DNA from: Candidatus Hodarchaeota archaeon
GTDB taxonomy: Archaea; Asgardarchaeota; Heimdallarchaeia; Hodarchaeales; Hodarchaeaceae
Length of the DNA stretch: 64,000 nucleotides
Direction of reading: 5' to 3'
Assembly (NCBI GenBank): GCA_016839815.1
Contig: JAEOTM010000069.1
Span: 1 to 64,000, forward strand
Shown here: positions 31,091 through 41,348 of the stretch, piece by piece
Layout: each line of letters starts with the position of its first letter
How positions within the stretch are numbered: the stretch's first letter is position 1
The notes under the pieces: model-generated
Database searches by the model: none
What the model was told of the DNA's origin: nothing
Seen by the model: the letters and a program-made list of their open reading frames with translations, nothing else
Program-made: the position numbers and the translations under genes

Positions 31091-32151
31091 AATCTCCCTA
31101 GTTCAGACTCTAAAATCTGATCATCTTTTTCAGTAAGTTCCTCCTGGTAGACATAATAATATGGAATCCCAAAGAGTACAAAAATTAAGAGAGGAGTCAT
31201 TATAATTCCTGGGATAGGATGATCTATCAAATCTAGATTATTATTTGAAATTAATTTTTCTTTTAATACTCCATGAACTTGGAGTGTAAATGTTATGTCG
31301 GAATAACCATCATGAGAGTCAATGATTGGAATAATATGAATATCAATATACCAGACGTGATCTTTCAGGTCATCTTGATTTATAGTGGTGTTGATAACAG
31401 CGATATTGTCCTCAATCAGATACTTACTACTCTGCCCTGTTGTAAGGGAGAGGTAATCAAATTTACCTCCTATAATTTCTAACTCAAGATTAGTGGTTAA
31501 TAATTGATTATCTGGAATTTGGACGGGAAGATAGCTTCTCAAGAGTAAACGCTCACCAAAATATGAAATTTGTGAGGATTGAAGAATAAAGTGAAAGTTT
31601 TTTGACGTAATCAATAAGGGTTGCTCAGTAAGGGGTTGTACAAGATTTATAGCATAAAGAGAGGCTGAAAATATTTTAAAATTGTATTCAACTTCACGCC
31701 ACGAAATCAGAGCATCCAAATAAATGGAAATGGAAATTGAGAGGGTTTCTTGATAAGTATAATTTAACGGGATAATCAATGTTTGAGGTCGATCAAATTG
31801 GTAAACCAAACAATTCTTGAGTCCATCTCGTTCCTTACTAGAAAACGAGTGATCAGTACTTAAATCGTTAATCTTGGAAGAAGTCTGAATGAAGTCAATT
31901 GCTTCTCCATAATTTTGTACTGATAAGTTCAGAAATAGTTTGTCCCATTGTTTCGATAACACAACTAATCTCGTAAAGGTGATTTCGGGATTATTCATCA
32001 TGTAAGCAATATTCAAATTATAAGATCTGTCAACTTCTTCTCTTTGCTGGGAAAAAACCAGTGAAGATCCCTCACAAATACTTAGTACACTGTGAATACT
32101 CAAAAAAATACTAAAAATAATACAAATTTGTCTTCTATCACCTAGAAACAT
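31087..32151 (-). CDS. Exported beta-rich protein with C-terminal TM anchor
   Basis: Hydrophobic N-terminal signal; C-terminal IPGIIMTPLLIFVLFGIPYYY followed by an acidic tail. Confidence 0.65.
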   Translation of the reverse strand: MFLGDRRQICIIFSIFLSIHSVLSICEGSSLVFSQQREEVDRSYNLNIAYMMNNPEITFTRLVVLSKQWDKLFLNLSVQNYGEAIDFIQTSSKINDLSTDHSFSSKERDGLKNCLVYQFDRPQTLIIPLNYTYQETLSISISIYLDALISWREVEYNFKIFSASLYAINLVQPLTEQPLLITSKNFHFILQSSQISYFGERLLLRSYLPVQIPDNQLLTTNLELEIIGGKFDYLSLTTGQSSKYLIEDNIAVINTTINQDDLKDHVWYIDIHIIPIIDSHDGYSDITFTLQVHGVLKEKLISNNNLDLIDHPIPGIIMTPLLIFVLFGIPYYYVYQEELTEKDDQILESELGRL

Positions 32152-32153
32152 GC

Positions 32154-32720
32154 TTACTGGCCCCTAAATAATGATAAAAGTACACGGGAGAAGTTTAAGG
32201 AGAAGAAAAATAATCCCATATTTCCCAAGTTTTTATTTGCTCTTGGATCATTAAATGGAATACGTGCTATACGGAATTGTTTTGAATTTTGGGGGAAGGT
32301 CCAATGAAACTTATAATGTTTTACAGGATGGTTACTAAAAACGGATTGTCTTCCTAAAGGTAATCCACCTGGATTCAATGAATCCAGTAGCAAATGTGAT
32401 CCCCAACTTATTGCTATTAGGGAGATTAGGATTTCTAACATCATAATATGTAATATTTGCGCAAGATATACAAAGGGAAGAAAATAAATCATTGTCCAAG
32501 GAGAATGGGATAGTGGATGCCTATAACGTGAAATTAAAACACCTTCATTTTCAAATTCCACCCCGATATTCCTATCAATGATGTTAGGAACCCAACTAAA
32601 TAAGCTGGTAAAAAGAGACACAATCAGCACAACCCCTGAATAAATACTGTCATCAATTACGAACATTCCATATAAATTCGTCAAACCTAAAGAAAATAGG
32701 TAATGTGTCATATCTTTCAT
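32154..32720 (-). CDS. Membrane-bound metal-dependent hydrolase (YdjM/DUF457-like)
   Basis: THYLF, PNIID, RHPLSHS, GSHLLLDSLNPGG. Confidence 0.8.
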   Translation of the reverse strand: MKDMTHYLFSLGLTNLYGMFVIDDSIYSGVVLIVSLFTSLFSWVPNIIDRNIGVEFENEGVLISRYRHPLSHSPWTMIYFLPFVYLAQILHIMMLEILISLIAISWGSHLLLDSLNPGGLPLGRQSVFSNHPVKHYKFHWTFPQNSKQFRIARIPFNDPRANKNLGNMGLFFFSLNFSRVLLSLFRGQ

Positions 32721-32725
32721 TCTAG

Positions 32726-35700
32726 TCAGTTTTCCTTTCTTCGAAAATATACATTAGCAAGAGTGGCAAAAGCAGCGAATAGACTTATTCCAATTCCAGA
32801 TTCAATTAAGTCATTTAGTCCTATCTGGGAGTGAATTTTTTGTTGAGTTTCTGTTTGAGAACTTTGTGGTGATTGAGTAGTTCCAGTAGTTTGTTCGGTA
32901 GTAAAAGATTGCTCTTCCGAACCATTCACCTGGATATTAGGAAAATATTTCACTGTTTGTTGACCAATATCATCTATTACTGATATCTGGAGTACATATA
33001 CCCCTGATGTCAAAAAGAACTCAAGGATAACGTGAGAATCATTTATTTGTGTGAACGGATATTCTACACCATTAATATACAGAACTGCTTTATCAACAAG
33101 ATAATCATCAGAAACTTCGATTACCAATCGATAAAGTACACCCGAGGTTATATTTTCCAAAAGAAAAAGAGTGGAATCACCGATAAGGGGAGGTGAATCA
33201 GAAGAATTAAAAATTGCGGTATACCGACTAGAATGTCCATAGATATCAAAAACAGACAAATTAAATTCCCAAACATCTGGAATTAACCATGGGGAAGTAA
33301 ATCTCCAAATTTGATAACTCCCCATTGTCGATTCGTAAATTAAGGTTCCATTTACCGAATATTCTTCAGTAGCACCTTGAATGATGAAGGTCGGTATTTC
33401 TTCTGCAATCGATGCATTTGCCTTTTCGATCCGAATCTCTAAACTAAATCCGTTTCGTTCGAAAGATGAATCCATTATGATAATTTGAGGGGCATACCAT
33501 GAGATATTGTATCTTTTATTTAGTGAAGGGTTATTATCCCATGGATACCACATATTCAAACTTACTGTATAATTTTCTGGATCACAAAACACTTGTGTAT
33601 ACCATTGATTTCCATAGATGTTGCTTAGACTATAATCTGCTCCCGCTAAGGTAACTTGGACAAGATCAAGATCAATAGACTGAGAATCTATAGTTGCTCT
33701 TACTTCATACCTATTTGACTCCCAGGATGTAGATAGTGATGTAATCGTAGGTAGTGGTGCAACCCAGAGTTCAAAAAAGATTCGAGTATCATACAGTCCT
33801 TCAGTAGTATTTGCATACAAATAAACTTCCCAAGTACCAGGAGAAGGAAATTGAAAACTAAGACGATAATCCTGAAAGAATGCATCCCATTCTAATATGC
33901 CTACATTACTTCCATTAATATATAACCCGACTGTGTTGAAATTAGGATTTGAGAGAATTTCTGTGTTTACATAGTAATTACCTGCAGCATCTATCTTGGT
34001 GATCTGTGAATTGATTATTAGATTCACGTGTTCAACAACAGAAAAGCAAATTTTCTTTGTATTTACATTCCCTGCTGCATCATACGAATAGATATTCAGT
34101 GAGTAAGTCCCAAATAGCAAATTCAAATTTGATATACTATGTGGAGTATAGGTTTGATTTGTACTATGTATCTCTGAGATACAATAAAGTATTGTTTCAC
34201 CATCTGAATCTATACTCAACGGCACAGCATCGGTATAGCTGTAATTATAGGGAGAAACAATATTTAAATACGGAATAATTGTATCAACGTTGAAAAAACA
34301 CGATTTAATGATAGCATTACCCGCAATGTCATTAACCTGAATGGTAAGGTTATGACTTCCCTCTGATAAGTTAGACAGACTTGTACCTGAACCTCCAACA
34401 GTATGGACACCATCTAGGAACACAAATACCTCTTCTTCGTTAGTTAAGAATGAAAGTAGAACAGAATTCATGTTATAAGACTCATTCCTAGGACTAACTA
34501 TGATTAATGACGGTTCAGTTAGATCAATACTGAAAAATGAAGAAACGAAAGATATTTCACCATAGGAATTTTCCCCATAGGCATTACAGGTATAGAAACC
34601 TTCTGGTAATTCACGAAAAACGGTTTCACTCCATGAAACATTTGTTTGGTCCAAAGGTTCAATATTATACCAATAACTATCAGCATTTCCTTGGAAGGAT
34701 ATCTCTAGGATCGACCCGTATACAGAATTATTCGATGGGGAAAGAATTTCTAGTGCAGAGGGTAGAGATCTAATCATGATGGAATATTGACCACTAATGG
34801 ACGCATTATAATAATCTTCACTGTTTAATGGCACTTTTACTGCAATTGTATAGGTTCCAGGTTGATCAAATAAGATGAGGAAATGAAAAATTCCAGCTCC
34901 ATTTGTGGAATCTATCGCCGTTTCAATACCATTTACAAGTAGGATGGAATCTACTCCTGAAATTGGACCAGATACTTCTCCAAGGACAGTTCCATCAATA
35001 TTGATGGATAAATTGACAAGAGCTTCCGCAGGAATACTGATAGAAATCTGAAGATCTTCAATAACTGTTATTTCATGCGAATATACATGATAGTAAACAT
35101 AAGTCTCATTACTAACAATTAATATTTCCTTAACTCCTGTACTAGTAAATATATACGCATACGAATGTTGTCCAGCCTGAATCCCACCTTTCCAAAGCAA
35201 ATCATTGATCCAAATTTGATAAGATTCTGAACAGTTGACCATGAATTGATAGTAATCATTTGTATTCCCAAATTCAGCCCCAGTAACTTCCATATTCGCA
35301 ACACTGTACATAGTTGCATGATCATATTTCAAATTCGTTTGATTTGAATTTGATGCACGTAAAGTTAACCCTCCTTTATAATAAGGAGTGGACCAATTGT
35401 AATTTCCTATTCCAGAGCCATTTAACGTGAATACTGTTATAAACTCCCAATTCGTGGATCCATCTCGTTGCCAATGCAACCTTATGTCCTCATTTAAACC
35501 GCCTTCAATGGATATTACTGACCAATGATTAGCAAGAATGGCACTCTCAATGAGAAGTGAGAGAGGAGGACGAATTGTGATGGTAAAGATTCCTGGATTT
35601 GGAGTTGCGAGATAATATCTTCCCAAATTCCCTTGATAACTGCACTGCAGAATATGAATTCCTATCTGAGCTGATTCAGCTACAATGAAATCAAAATAAA

Positions 35701-37540
35701 ATAATCCTTCTGCATTGGACTGTACAGCACCCAAGTATTCTCCAGTAGTCGTATCTGTAAAATGGATTGCTTCATTCATTACAGCCTCTCCATCCTCATC
35801 TAATAAAAATCCCCAAAAACGGCCTATTTGTCCATAAACAAGCTCCGTTGCATTCTGATTGAGCGATTCTAAATGAGGAACGGAGAAAATTGTAAGTTTA
35901 AACCTCGTAACTCCAGTATCAAAGTTCATAGATCCGTGGAAGTACATAAGCAAGTCGATATCCCCAACGGGATGATTTTTTGAAACAGAGTAATCGAAGA
36001 CTAGACCTGCAATGCAATTTTGGGTACTAATAATGGTAGAATTAGTAAACATTAACGAAACTAATCCTTCATTAATCACGATACCCCCAGATAGTACTGT
36101 TACTTGGATCTGTGTATTTGTATTACGATGTACTCCTCCACTATCGTAAGTTAAGTCAAATTCGATTATTCCTTTAATTGGGATAGTAACAACACTCGTA
36201 ACCGCAAGAAGATTCGGATCTAGCTCAAAGAGGGAGAGAAGGAACTCATGATTTCCAATTGTAATATTCTCTGTTAGTGAATATGTAAAGGAAACATATC
36301 CATTAGTATTCGTAGACTTATTCATCAATGAAATATTTCCCTCCGTTAAATCTTTCAGTTCAACTTGACATAGAACAGGAACCGTGTGTATATCCTCTAA
36401 AGTAACATACGCCTCTAGATGGATTGTTTCATTTTGTTTGTATTCTGAAGAATTCAAATAGTATTGAATCCTTGCACGGTCTTGGACTGTTATTGATGAA
36501 GAGATATTAGCATATATCTCGTGTACGTCATTCTTAAGCTCTGTATAAATGACCAAATTTCCCAAAGGTATAGAACTGTTGGGAGAAAAAAAGAATTGAA
36601 AATTACGGATACTGAGAATTTTTTCAACTAGGACGATTGGTTGTAAATTAATCTCATAAAATATTGAAATAGTAAGTCCACTTGGATTGTCCCCAAGCAC
36701 TGTAGTATTAATTAATACTGATTCTTCTACTCGGTTTAGTGTTGTTGCATTAATTGTTTGATGAAGTGAGTACCCAGAGCTTAGAATGGTCACATTAACC
36801 TGATTTGACGAACAAGGTGTTGTTTGACTCTGAGAACTTCCTGTATAGTTAGCAAAAAATTGAACCAAACCAACGGATGAGAATAGTGGAATACGATAAT
36901 CAAACTCAATGGTTAAGATGGCGGGATCAGTGCCTGGATAATAGTTTTCTAATGGACCCATAGTCCAAATAACCGGAGAACCGATCAAACTAGAACTTGT
37001 AACTGTAATAAAGCCACCCTGAAACCACCATCTATAATGTATGAATAAATCAAGGGTAAAATGGATGGAAGCGTCCTTATATACGGTTGTAGAATTCACA
37101 GATAATTGTAAAGAAGTACTACGAGTACTCCCTGCAGTAATCTCCTCAAAGGTGATAGAACATGAGTCATTGGAGGGAAGATATTCCGCAAATCCTGAAT
37201 ATTCTGCTAGAAAAATATGGTCCCCTATCTGAAGAGGAGACGGAACAATCCACTCAATTTGTCCAGTACCATTGGAAATTATTGTGTCGATATATTCTCC
37301 AGTGAACAGATCAGTTAATCGAACTTGACCAAACGCAACTGGATCATAACCTGTATACGTCCAAATAGTGAACTGAATTATATCACCTAATCCTACAGTT
37401 CCTTTATCAGCTAAAATTGTTGTTGAGGTCTCTAGATTTGATGCACGAGCCTCATTGGATCCCAGATTAACTGTCAGAACTAATCCAAATATGAGAAAGA
37501 CAAAGGAGTACTGCTTAACATTTCGTTTTTTTATCCACAA
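32726..37540 (-). CDS. Large cell-surface protein with tandem Ig-like beta domains
   Basis: Signal peptide; repeated (A/C)xYxG and D-x-x-x-P/DxAGN Big-like repeats; T/Q/S-rich linker; C-terminal TM plus RRK. Confidence 0.8.
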   Translation of the reverse strand: MWIKKRNVKQYSFVFLIFGLVLTVNLGSNEARASNLETSTTILADKGTVGLGDIIQFTIWTYTGYDPVAFGQVRLTDLFTGEYIDTIISNGTGQIEWIVPSPLQIGDHIFLAEYSGFAEYLPSNDSCSITFEEITAGSTRSTSLQLSVNSTTVYKDASIHFTLDLFIHYRWWFQGGFITVTSSSLIGSPVIWTMGPLENYYPGTDPAILTIEFDYRIPLFSSVGLVQFFANYTGSSQSQTTPCSSNQVNVTILSSGYSLHQTINATTLNRVEESVLINTTVLGDNPSGLTISIFYEINLQPIVLVEKILSIRNFQFFFSPNSSIPLGNLVIYTELKNDVHEIYANISSSITVQDRARIQYYLNSSEYKQNETIHLEAYVTLEDIHTVPVLCQVELKDLTEGNISLMNKSTNTNGYVSFTYSLTENITIGNHEFLLSLFELDPNLLAVTSVVTIPIKGIIEFDLTYDSGGVHRNTNTQIQVTVLSGGIVINEGLVSLMFTNSTIISTQNCIAGLVFDYSVSKNHPVGDIDLLMYFHGSMNFDTGVTRFKLTIFSVPHLESLNQNATELVYGQIGRFWGFLLDEDGEAVMNEAIHFTDTTTGEYLGAVQSNAEGLFYFDFIVAESAQIGIHILQCSYQGNLGRYYLATPNPGIFTITIRPPLSLLIESAILANHWSVISIEGGLNEDIRLHWQRDGSTNWEFITVFTLNGSGIGNYNWSTPYYKGGLTLRASNSNQTNLKYDHATMYSVANMEVTGAEFGNTNDYYQFMVNCSESYQIWINDLLWKGGIQAGQHSYAYIFTSTGVKEILIVSNETYVYYHVYSHEITVIEDLQISISIPAEALVNLSINIDGTVLGEVSGPISGVDSILLVNGIETAIDSTNGAGIFHFLILFDQPGTYTIAVKVPLNSEDYYNASISGQYSIMIRSLPSALEILSPSNNSVYGSILEISFQGNADSYWYNIEPLDQTNVSWSETVFRELPEGFYTCNAYGENSYGEISFVSSFFSIDLTEPSLIIVSPRNESYNMNSVLLSFLTNEEEVFVFLDGVHTVGGSGTSLSNLSEGSHNLTIQVNDIAGNAIIKSCFFNVDTIIPYLNIVSPYNYSYTDAVPLSIDSDGETILYCISEIHSTNQTYTPHSISNLNLLFGTYSLNIYSYDAAGNVNTKKICFSVVEHVNLIINSQITKIDAAGNYYVNTEILSNPNFNTVGLYINGSNVGILEWDAFFQDYRLSFQFPSPGTWEVYLYANTTEGLYDTRIFFELWVAPLPTITSLSTSWESNRYEVRATIDSQSIDLDLVQVTLAGADYSLSNIYGNQWYTQVFCDPENYTVSLNMWYPWDNNPSLNKRYNISWYAPQIIIMDSSFERNGFSLEIRIEKANASIAEEIPTFIIQGATEEYSVNGTLIYESTMGSYQIWRFTSPWLIPDVWEFNLSVFDIYGHSSRYTAIFNSSDSPPLIGDSTLFLLENITSGVLYRLVIEVSDDYLVDKAVLYINGVEYPFTQINDSHVILEFFLTSGVYVLQISVIDDIGQQTVKYFPNIQVNGSEEQSFTTEQTTGTTQSPQSSQTETQQKIHSQIGLNDLIESGIGISLFAAFATLANVYFRRKEN

Positions 37541-37603
37541 TCTAGTAACTCTCGATGATTATCCCTTCCTGTGTTTTTATATTCAAAATGAATATTTATA
37601 AGT

Positions 37604-37647
37604 AGTATATAAAAAAACAATTTTTTCACGATTTCAGATATTTAAGG
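37604..37647. promoter_or_regulatory. Bidirectional promoter carrying shared island motifs
   Basis: AGTATATAAAAAAA (37604-37617), TTCACGATT (37625-37633) and ATTTCAGATATTTAAGG (37631-37647), about 40 nt before radA. Confidence 0.7.
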
Positions 37648-37686
37648 TTCAGCTGGATTCCAAGTTGAATACAACAAAATCGGTGT

Positions 37687-38709
37687 ATGTTTATGGCAAA
37701 AGCTGAATCAAAAAAAGAAAAAGCTGTTGTAGAGGACTTAGTTTCTGAAAAAAGTAAGAAAACTAAGGGAAAAAATCAAAAAGAAGCCAATTTTTTGGAT
37801 ACTATCTCTGGAATAGGCCCTACTACGCGAAAAAGACTAGAAGAGGCTGGATTTGGCAGTAAAGAGACCATCGCTCTAGCTACACGATCCCAGCTCTCAG
37901 ATATTTCTGGAATTGCAGAAAAAACCGCTACTGTCCTTATCCGAGAAGCACGGTCACAATTTGATCTCGGTTTAAAACCTGGATCGCATTACGCAAAACT
38001 CGGAGAAACTCGTCAGTATCTCACTACCTCATCTCAAGCATTTGATGACCTTCTTGGAGGAGGTTTCGAAACAGGATCGATAACAGAGATCGCAGGCGAA
38101 AATGGATGTGGAAAAACACAAATTTCTCATCAGTTAGCAGTTAACTGTGTAAAAAATGGCAAAGATGTTGTCTGGATTGATACTGAGGGAACATTTCGAT
38201 TTACTAGAATTTCTCAAATGGCTGAAGCCCTAAATCTTGACCCTGATGCAATATTGTCTCAAATTACGGTTGGTCGAGCATTCAATAGCGAACATCAGAT
38301 GGCACTCACAGAAGAAGCATTAACCATGGTTCAAAATGTAGGACTAATTATTGTGGATTCCCTAATGGCACACTTTCGTTCAGAGTTTGCAGGAAGAGCT
38401 ACCTTGGCCGAACGTCAACAGCTAATAGGAAAATATCTTGCATTTATAGCTAAGCAATCAGAAATATTGAATTGTGTTGCAGTAGTTACTAATCAAGTAT
38501 CAGCGAAACCTGATGCAATGTTCTTTGGAGATCCTAACAAACCAATTGGTGGTAATGTAGTAGGCCATACCGTGACAACTAGATTGATGATTCGCAAAGG
38601 AAAAGATATAAAACGAACAGCTACACTAACAAAAAATCCAGAGTTACCTGATGGAAAAATTGAATTTTCAATCGATACAGATGGGATCCGCGACTATTCA
38701 AGTAAATAG
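37687..38709 (+). CDS. radA: DNA repair and recombination protein RadA (possibly a paralog)
   Basis: N-terminal HhH (ISGIGP), GGGFETGSITE, Walker A GENGCGKT, WIDTEGTF, DSLMAHFRSEF.GR..LAERQQ, PIGGNVVGH. Confidence 0.9.
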   Translation: MFMAKAESKKEKAVVEDLVSEKSKKTKGKNQKEANFLDTISGIGPTTRKRLEEAGFGSKETIALATRSQLSDISGIAEKTATVLIREARSQFDLGLKPGSHYAKLGETRQYLTTSSQAFDDLLGGGFETGSITEIAGENGCGKTQISHQLAVNCVKNGKDVVWIDTEGTFRFTRISQMAEALNLDPDAILSQITVGRAFNSEHQMALTEEALTMVQNVGLIIVDSLMAHFRSEFAGRATLAERQQLIGKYLAFIAKQSEILNCVAVVTNQVSAKPDAMFFGDPNKPIGGNVVGHTVTTRLMIRKGKDIKRTATLTKNPELPDGKIEFSIDTDGIRDYSSK

Positions 38710-38748
38710 TCCTCCCTTTTTTCTGTATGGAGCTGAACTGGGACGCTT

Positions 38749-41337
38749 TTGACTCAAATATCTACGAAAATTCTTGAAGATAATACGACTCTTCTCCAGA
38801 TTGAACATCCATTGACTAGTAGGGAAGTTCTATATGCTTCCAAAGGAGTTTTGGTATCATATTTTGCTATCCAACCAGTTCATGATCTTGACAATGCTGC
38901 ACGGAATTTATTTCGTGTAACAAGTCAACCTGGAGTGCAGATCCTCCGACAAACATTCACAGCTCTCCCACGAAAATCGAAAGCTTATTCAAAACGAGAT
39001 GTCTCCTATACAGGCCTTTCTCTTATTGTACGTGTGTTCCATCATTTTCATATTCGTTCTGAATCCACATTACCCATAATATTACGACATATAAGAAAAG
39101 AGTTTCTCAAACAGCGTACCCTAACCTATACTATTCTCAAGGTAGCTGGATTCGAGGTTTCACTCGCTAAAGGAAAAAGAATTTTCGATTTGCATTTTCG
39201 GGGAAAAAAGATGAAAGAAGGAATCTCCATCTTCCCTTCTCAAACAGGATCAAAATCTAAATTACTTGATAGATTCTTTAATCTTGAACGAGTACCCTCA
39301 CGATTTATCCAGGACTTTGCAGTCCCTGATTTACCTGTAATTCATAGAATAGGTTATCGAGTTGATAATACAGCGATCCCTGTTGGCTTTGCAGACTTAT
39401 CTGCTGGATCAATCCTTGTATGCGGGTCAGATAATTCGGAACTCATCACGCTCTTTCAGAATCTGACACTCTCATTTAGTATTTCGAAAAATAACAGAGG
39501 TTTATTCATTATCGATACCCACAACGAGTTTAATGGGTTAATTCAACATTTTAGATCTTCAGAATCAAATAAACAGGGAATAAATCTTCAAGTGTTCCAA
39601 TTGGGTACAAATATGTTTATTAATCTCTGTGATGTCATTATTCCTCCCTCTCCTAGTGGTAAAAAGCAGAAATCCGAAGCTATTGAAGCATGGAAAGCTC
39701 ATCTTGTTAGTAATATTCTTTTATGCTCCTTATCAACTTCTGATTATCTTACATCGCGATTTGCAATACCTCTCGAAGCACAAATTCGAAATGCAGCCAC
39801 TGGAAGATCTATCTTCACCTTGGAAGATGTTACAACAACTATTGGTTCATCAACTTCTGGTGAGCTAGAGTCAGAGATCGGAGCAACCGATGGAATTTTT
39901 GCTGATATTATGGCCATCGAACATTTAAACGGAATTTTAGATCAATTTAAGGCATTTAAAGAGGTAAATTACCCTGCATTTACTGGTCATCTCAGTAATT
40001 CTCTTTTTCGTGATGATTCTATTACAATTTTTCAATTTGGTGCACAACCTCCAATGATAAAGCGAGCTACAGTTGCTTTCTTACTTCAATTCCTATCAAT
40101 GGTTGCTAGAAACGGTGTGGTAGTCTTTCCCCATGCAGATGAGATTCTGAGTAGAAAAACTCCTTATGGAAGGAATGAAACAGGTATTCCCACAGTATTG
40201 ATTGACTCGGTAAATAACCTCTCTCGAGAGAATGTTTTGGTTTTAGGTGGTCAAAGTGTTCAAGCCTTAGCTTCCAAAGTAAACTCCTTTGAGCAAATTA
40301 AAAATCAAATTTACTTACGTTTAGTGAATACACTGGATAGAGAAATCGTAATAACTCAACACCAATTAAAAGTAGGGAATGGTGTTCAATCCGCTACAAT
40401 TGAAAGACAAATATTGGGAATAATGGAAGGAGAAGGATTATTATTTCGAAGTGATACGTCTCAGAGTACCGCATATCATTTTAAGATGGATCGAGCTAAA
40501 GTACCAATAAATCTTAATCCAGTCAAAGTCACAGAGACAAAACTAAGGGGATCAAAGACTTTTGGTCTCATTCCACAGAAATTTGCACTTTTAATGAACC
40601 TACTAAAAACTCTCAAAGCACAGCCTCTTAATCGAGATATGTTACATGATGAACTTGAAATTGAGAGTAGAGACGAGACACTACTTGAACAGATGAAACA
40701 ACAGGATTTATACTCAGAAAGAGAAATTGATGCAGCGAGACAATGGGAAATAACTGTTAAAGGTTCAGAATTTTACGATAATCAAGTGGCATTAATGGAA
40801 AATTTACCAGCAGCTCCCACTACTGAGGAAGCAGAATCAATTGAACAGAAAATTGCCATTTCAGAAAGATTTTTTGATAGAACTGCTTCCAAGCAGAAAT
40901 TACAGGAAGAAAATGTCAAGATCAAAAATATGGTTGGAGAATTACTAAATTTTCTATATCAAATGCAAGGTTCTATCCCTTGGGTACGTTACGCTCAATA
41001 TACAGATTTAAAGGAAATAAATGGTATTGAAGGTCAGGATTTTCGTCAATTGTACAATCTCGCCTTAGAAATATGTTCAGATATTTGGCTAGATATAAAG
41101 AATGTTAGAAAGATCCATAAGAACGATAATGTACCATCTATTCCAATCATACCATCGATTCCTGGCAATAATTCCGGGAATCTTGATAAATTTTTACCTG
41201 ATGATAGATATGTCTCACTGCAGACTTTTAGTAAGGCACTAGGACTTAAGAAGTACCCTGATCATGGGATTCTCGATGTACATTTTAAATTTCTTAAACA
41301 GGGAAAACGCCTTGTTGAAGAATTAAACTTGGAGTGA
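38749..41337 (+). CDS. HerA/VirB4(CedB)-like P-loop protein with degenerate Walker motifs
   Basis: Family-like order: IPVGF, ILVCG (Walker A eroded), FIIDTHNEF, helical insert, VVVFPHADEIL (Walker B position), LVLGGQS, NQIYLRL, MEGEGLL; wHTH-like C-terminal region. Confidence 0.6.
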   Translation: MTQISTKILEDNTTLLQIEHPLTSREVLYASKGVLVSYFAIQPVHDLDNAARNLFRVTSQPGVQILRQTFTALPRKSKAYSKRDVSYTGLSLIVRVFHHFHIRSESTLPIILRHIRKEFLKQRTLTYTILKVAGFEVSLAKGKRIFDLHFRGKKMKEGISIFPSQTGSKSKLLDRFFNLERVPSRFIQDFAVPDLPVIHRIGYRVDNTAIPVGFADLSAGSILVCGSDNSELITLFQNLTLSFSISKNNRGLFIIDTHNEFNGLIQHFRSSESNKQGINLQVFQLGTNMFINLCDVIIPPSPSGKKQKSEAIEAWKAHLVSNILLCSLSTSDYLTSRFAIPLEAQIRNAATGRSIFTLEDVTTTIGSSTSGELESEIGATDGIFADIMAIEHLNGILDQFKAFKEVNYPAFTGHLSNSLFRDDSITIFQFGAQPPMIKRATVAFLLQFLSMVARNGVVVFPHADEILSRKTPYGRNETGIPTVLIDSVNNLSRENVLVLGGQSVQALASKVNSFEQIKNQIYLRLVNTLDREIVITQHQLKVGNGVQSATIERQILGIMEGEGLLFRSDTSQSTAYHFKMDRAKVPINLNPVKVTETKLRGSKTFGLIPQKFALLMNLLKTLKAQPLNRDMLHDELEIESRDETLLEQMKQQDLYSEREIDAARQWEITVKGSEFYDNQVALMENLPAAPTTEEAESIEQKIAISERFFDRTASKQKLQEENVKIKNMVGELLNFLYQMQGSIPWVRYAQYTDLKEINGIEGQDFRQLYNLALEICSDIWLDIKNVRKIHKNDNVPSIPIIPSIPGNNSGNLDKFLPDDRYVSLQTFSKALGLKKYPDHGILDVHFKFLKQGKRLVEELNLE

Positions 41338-41348
41338 GATGAAGCTCA

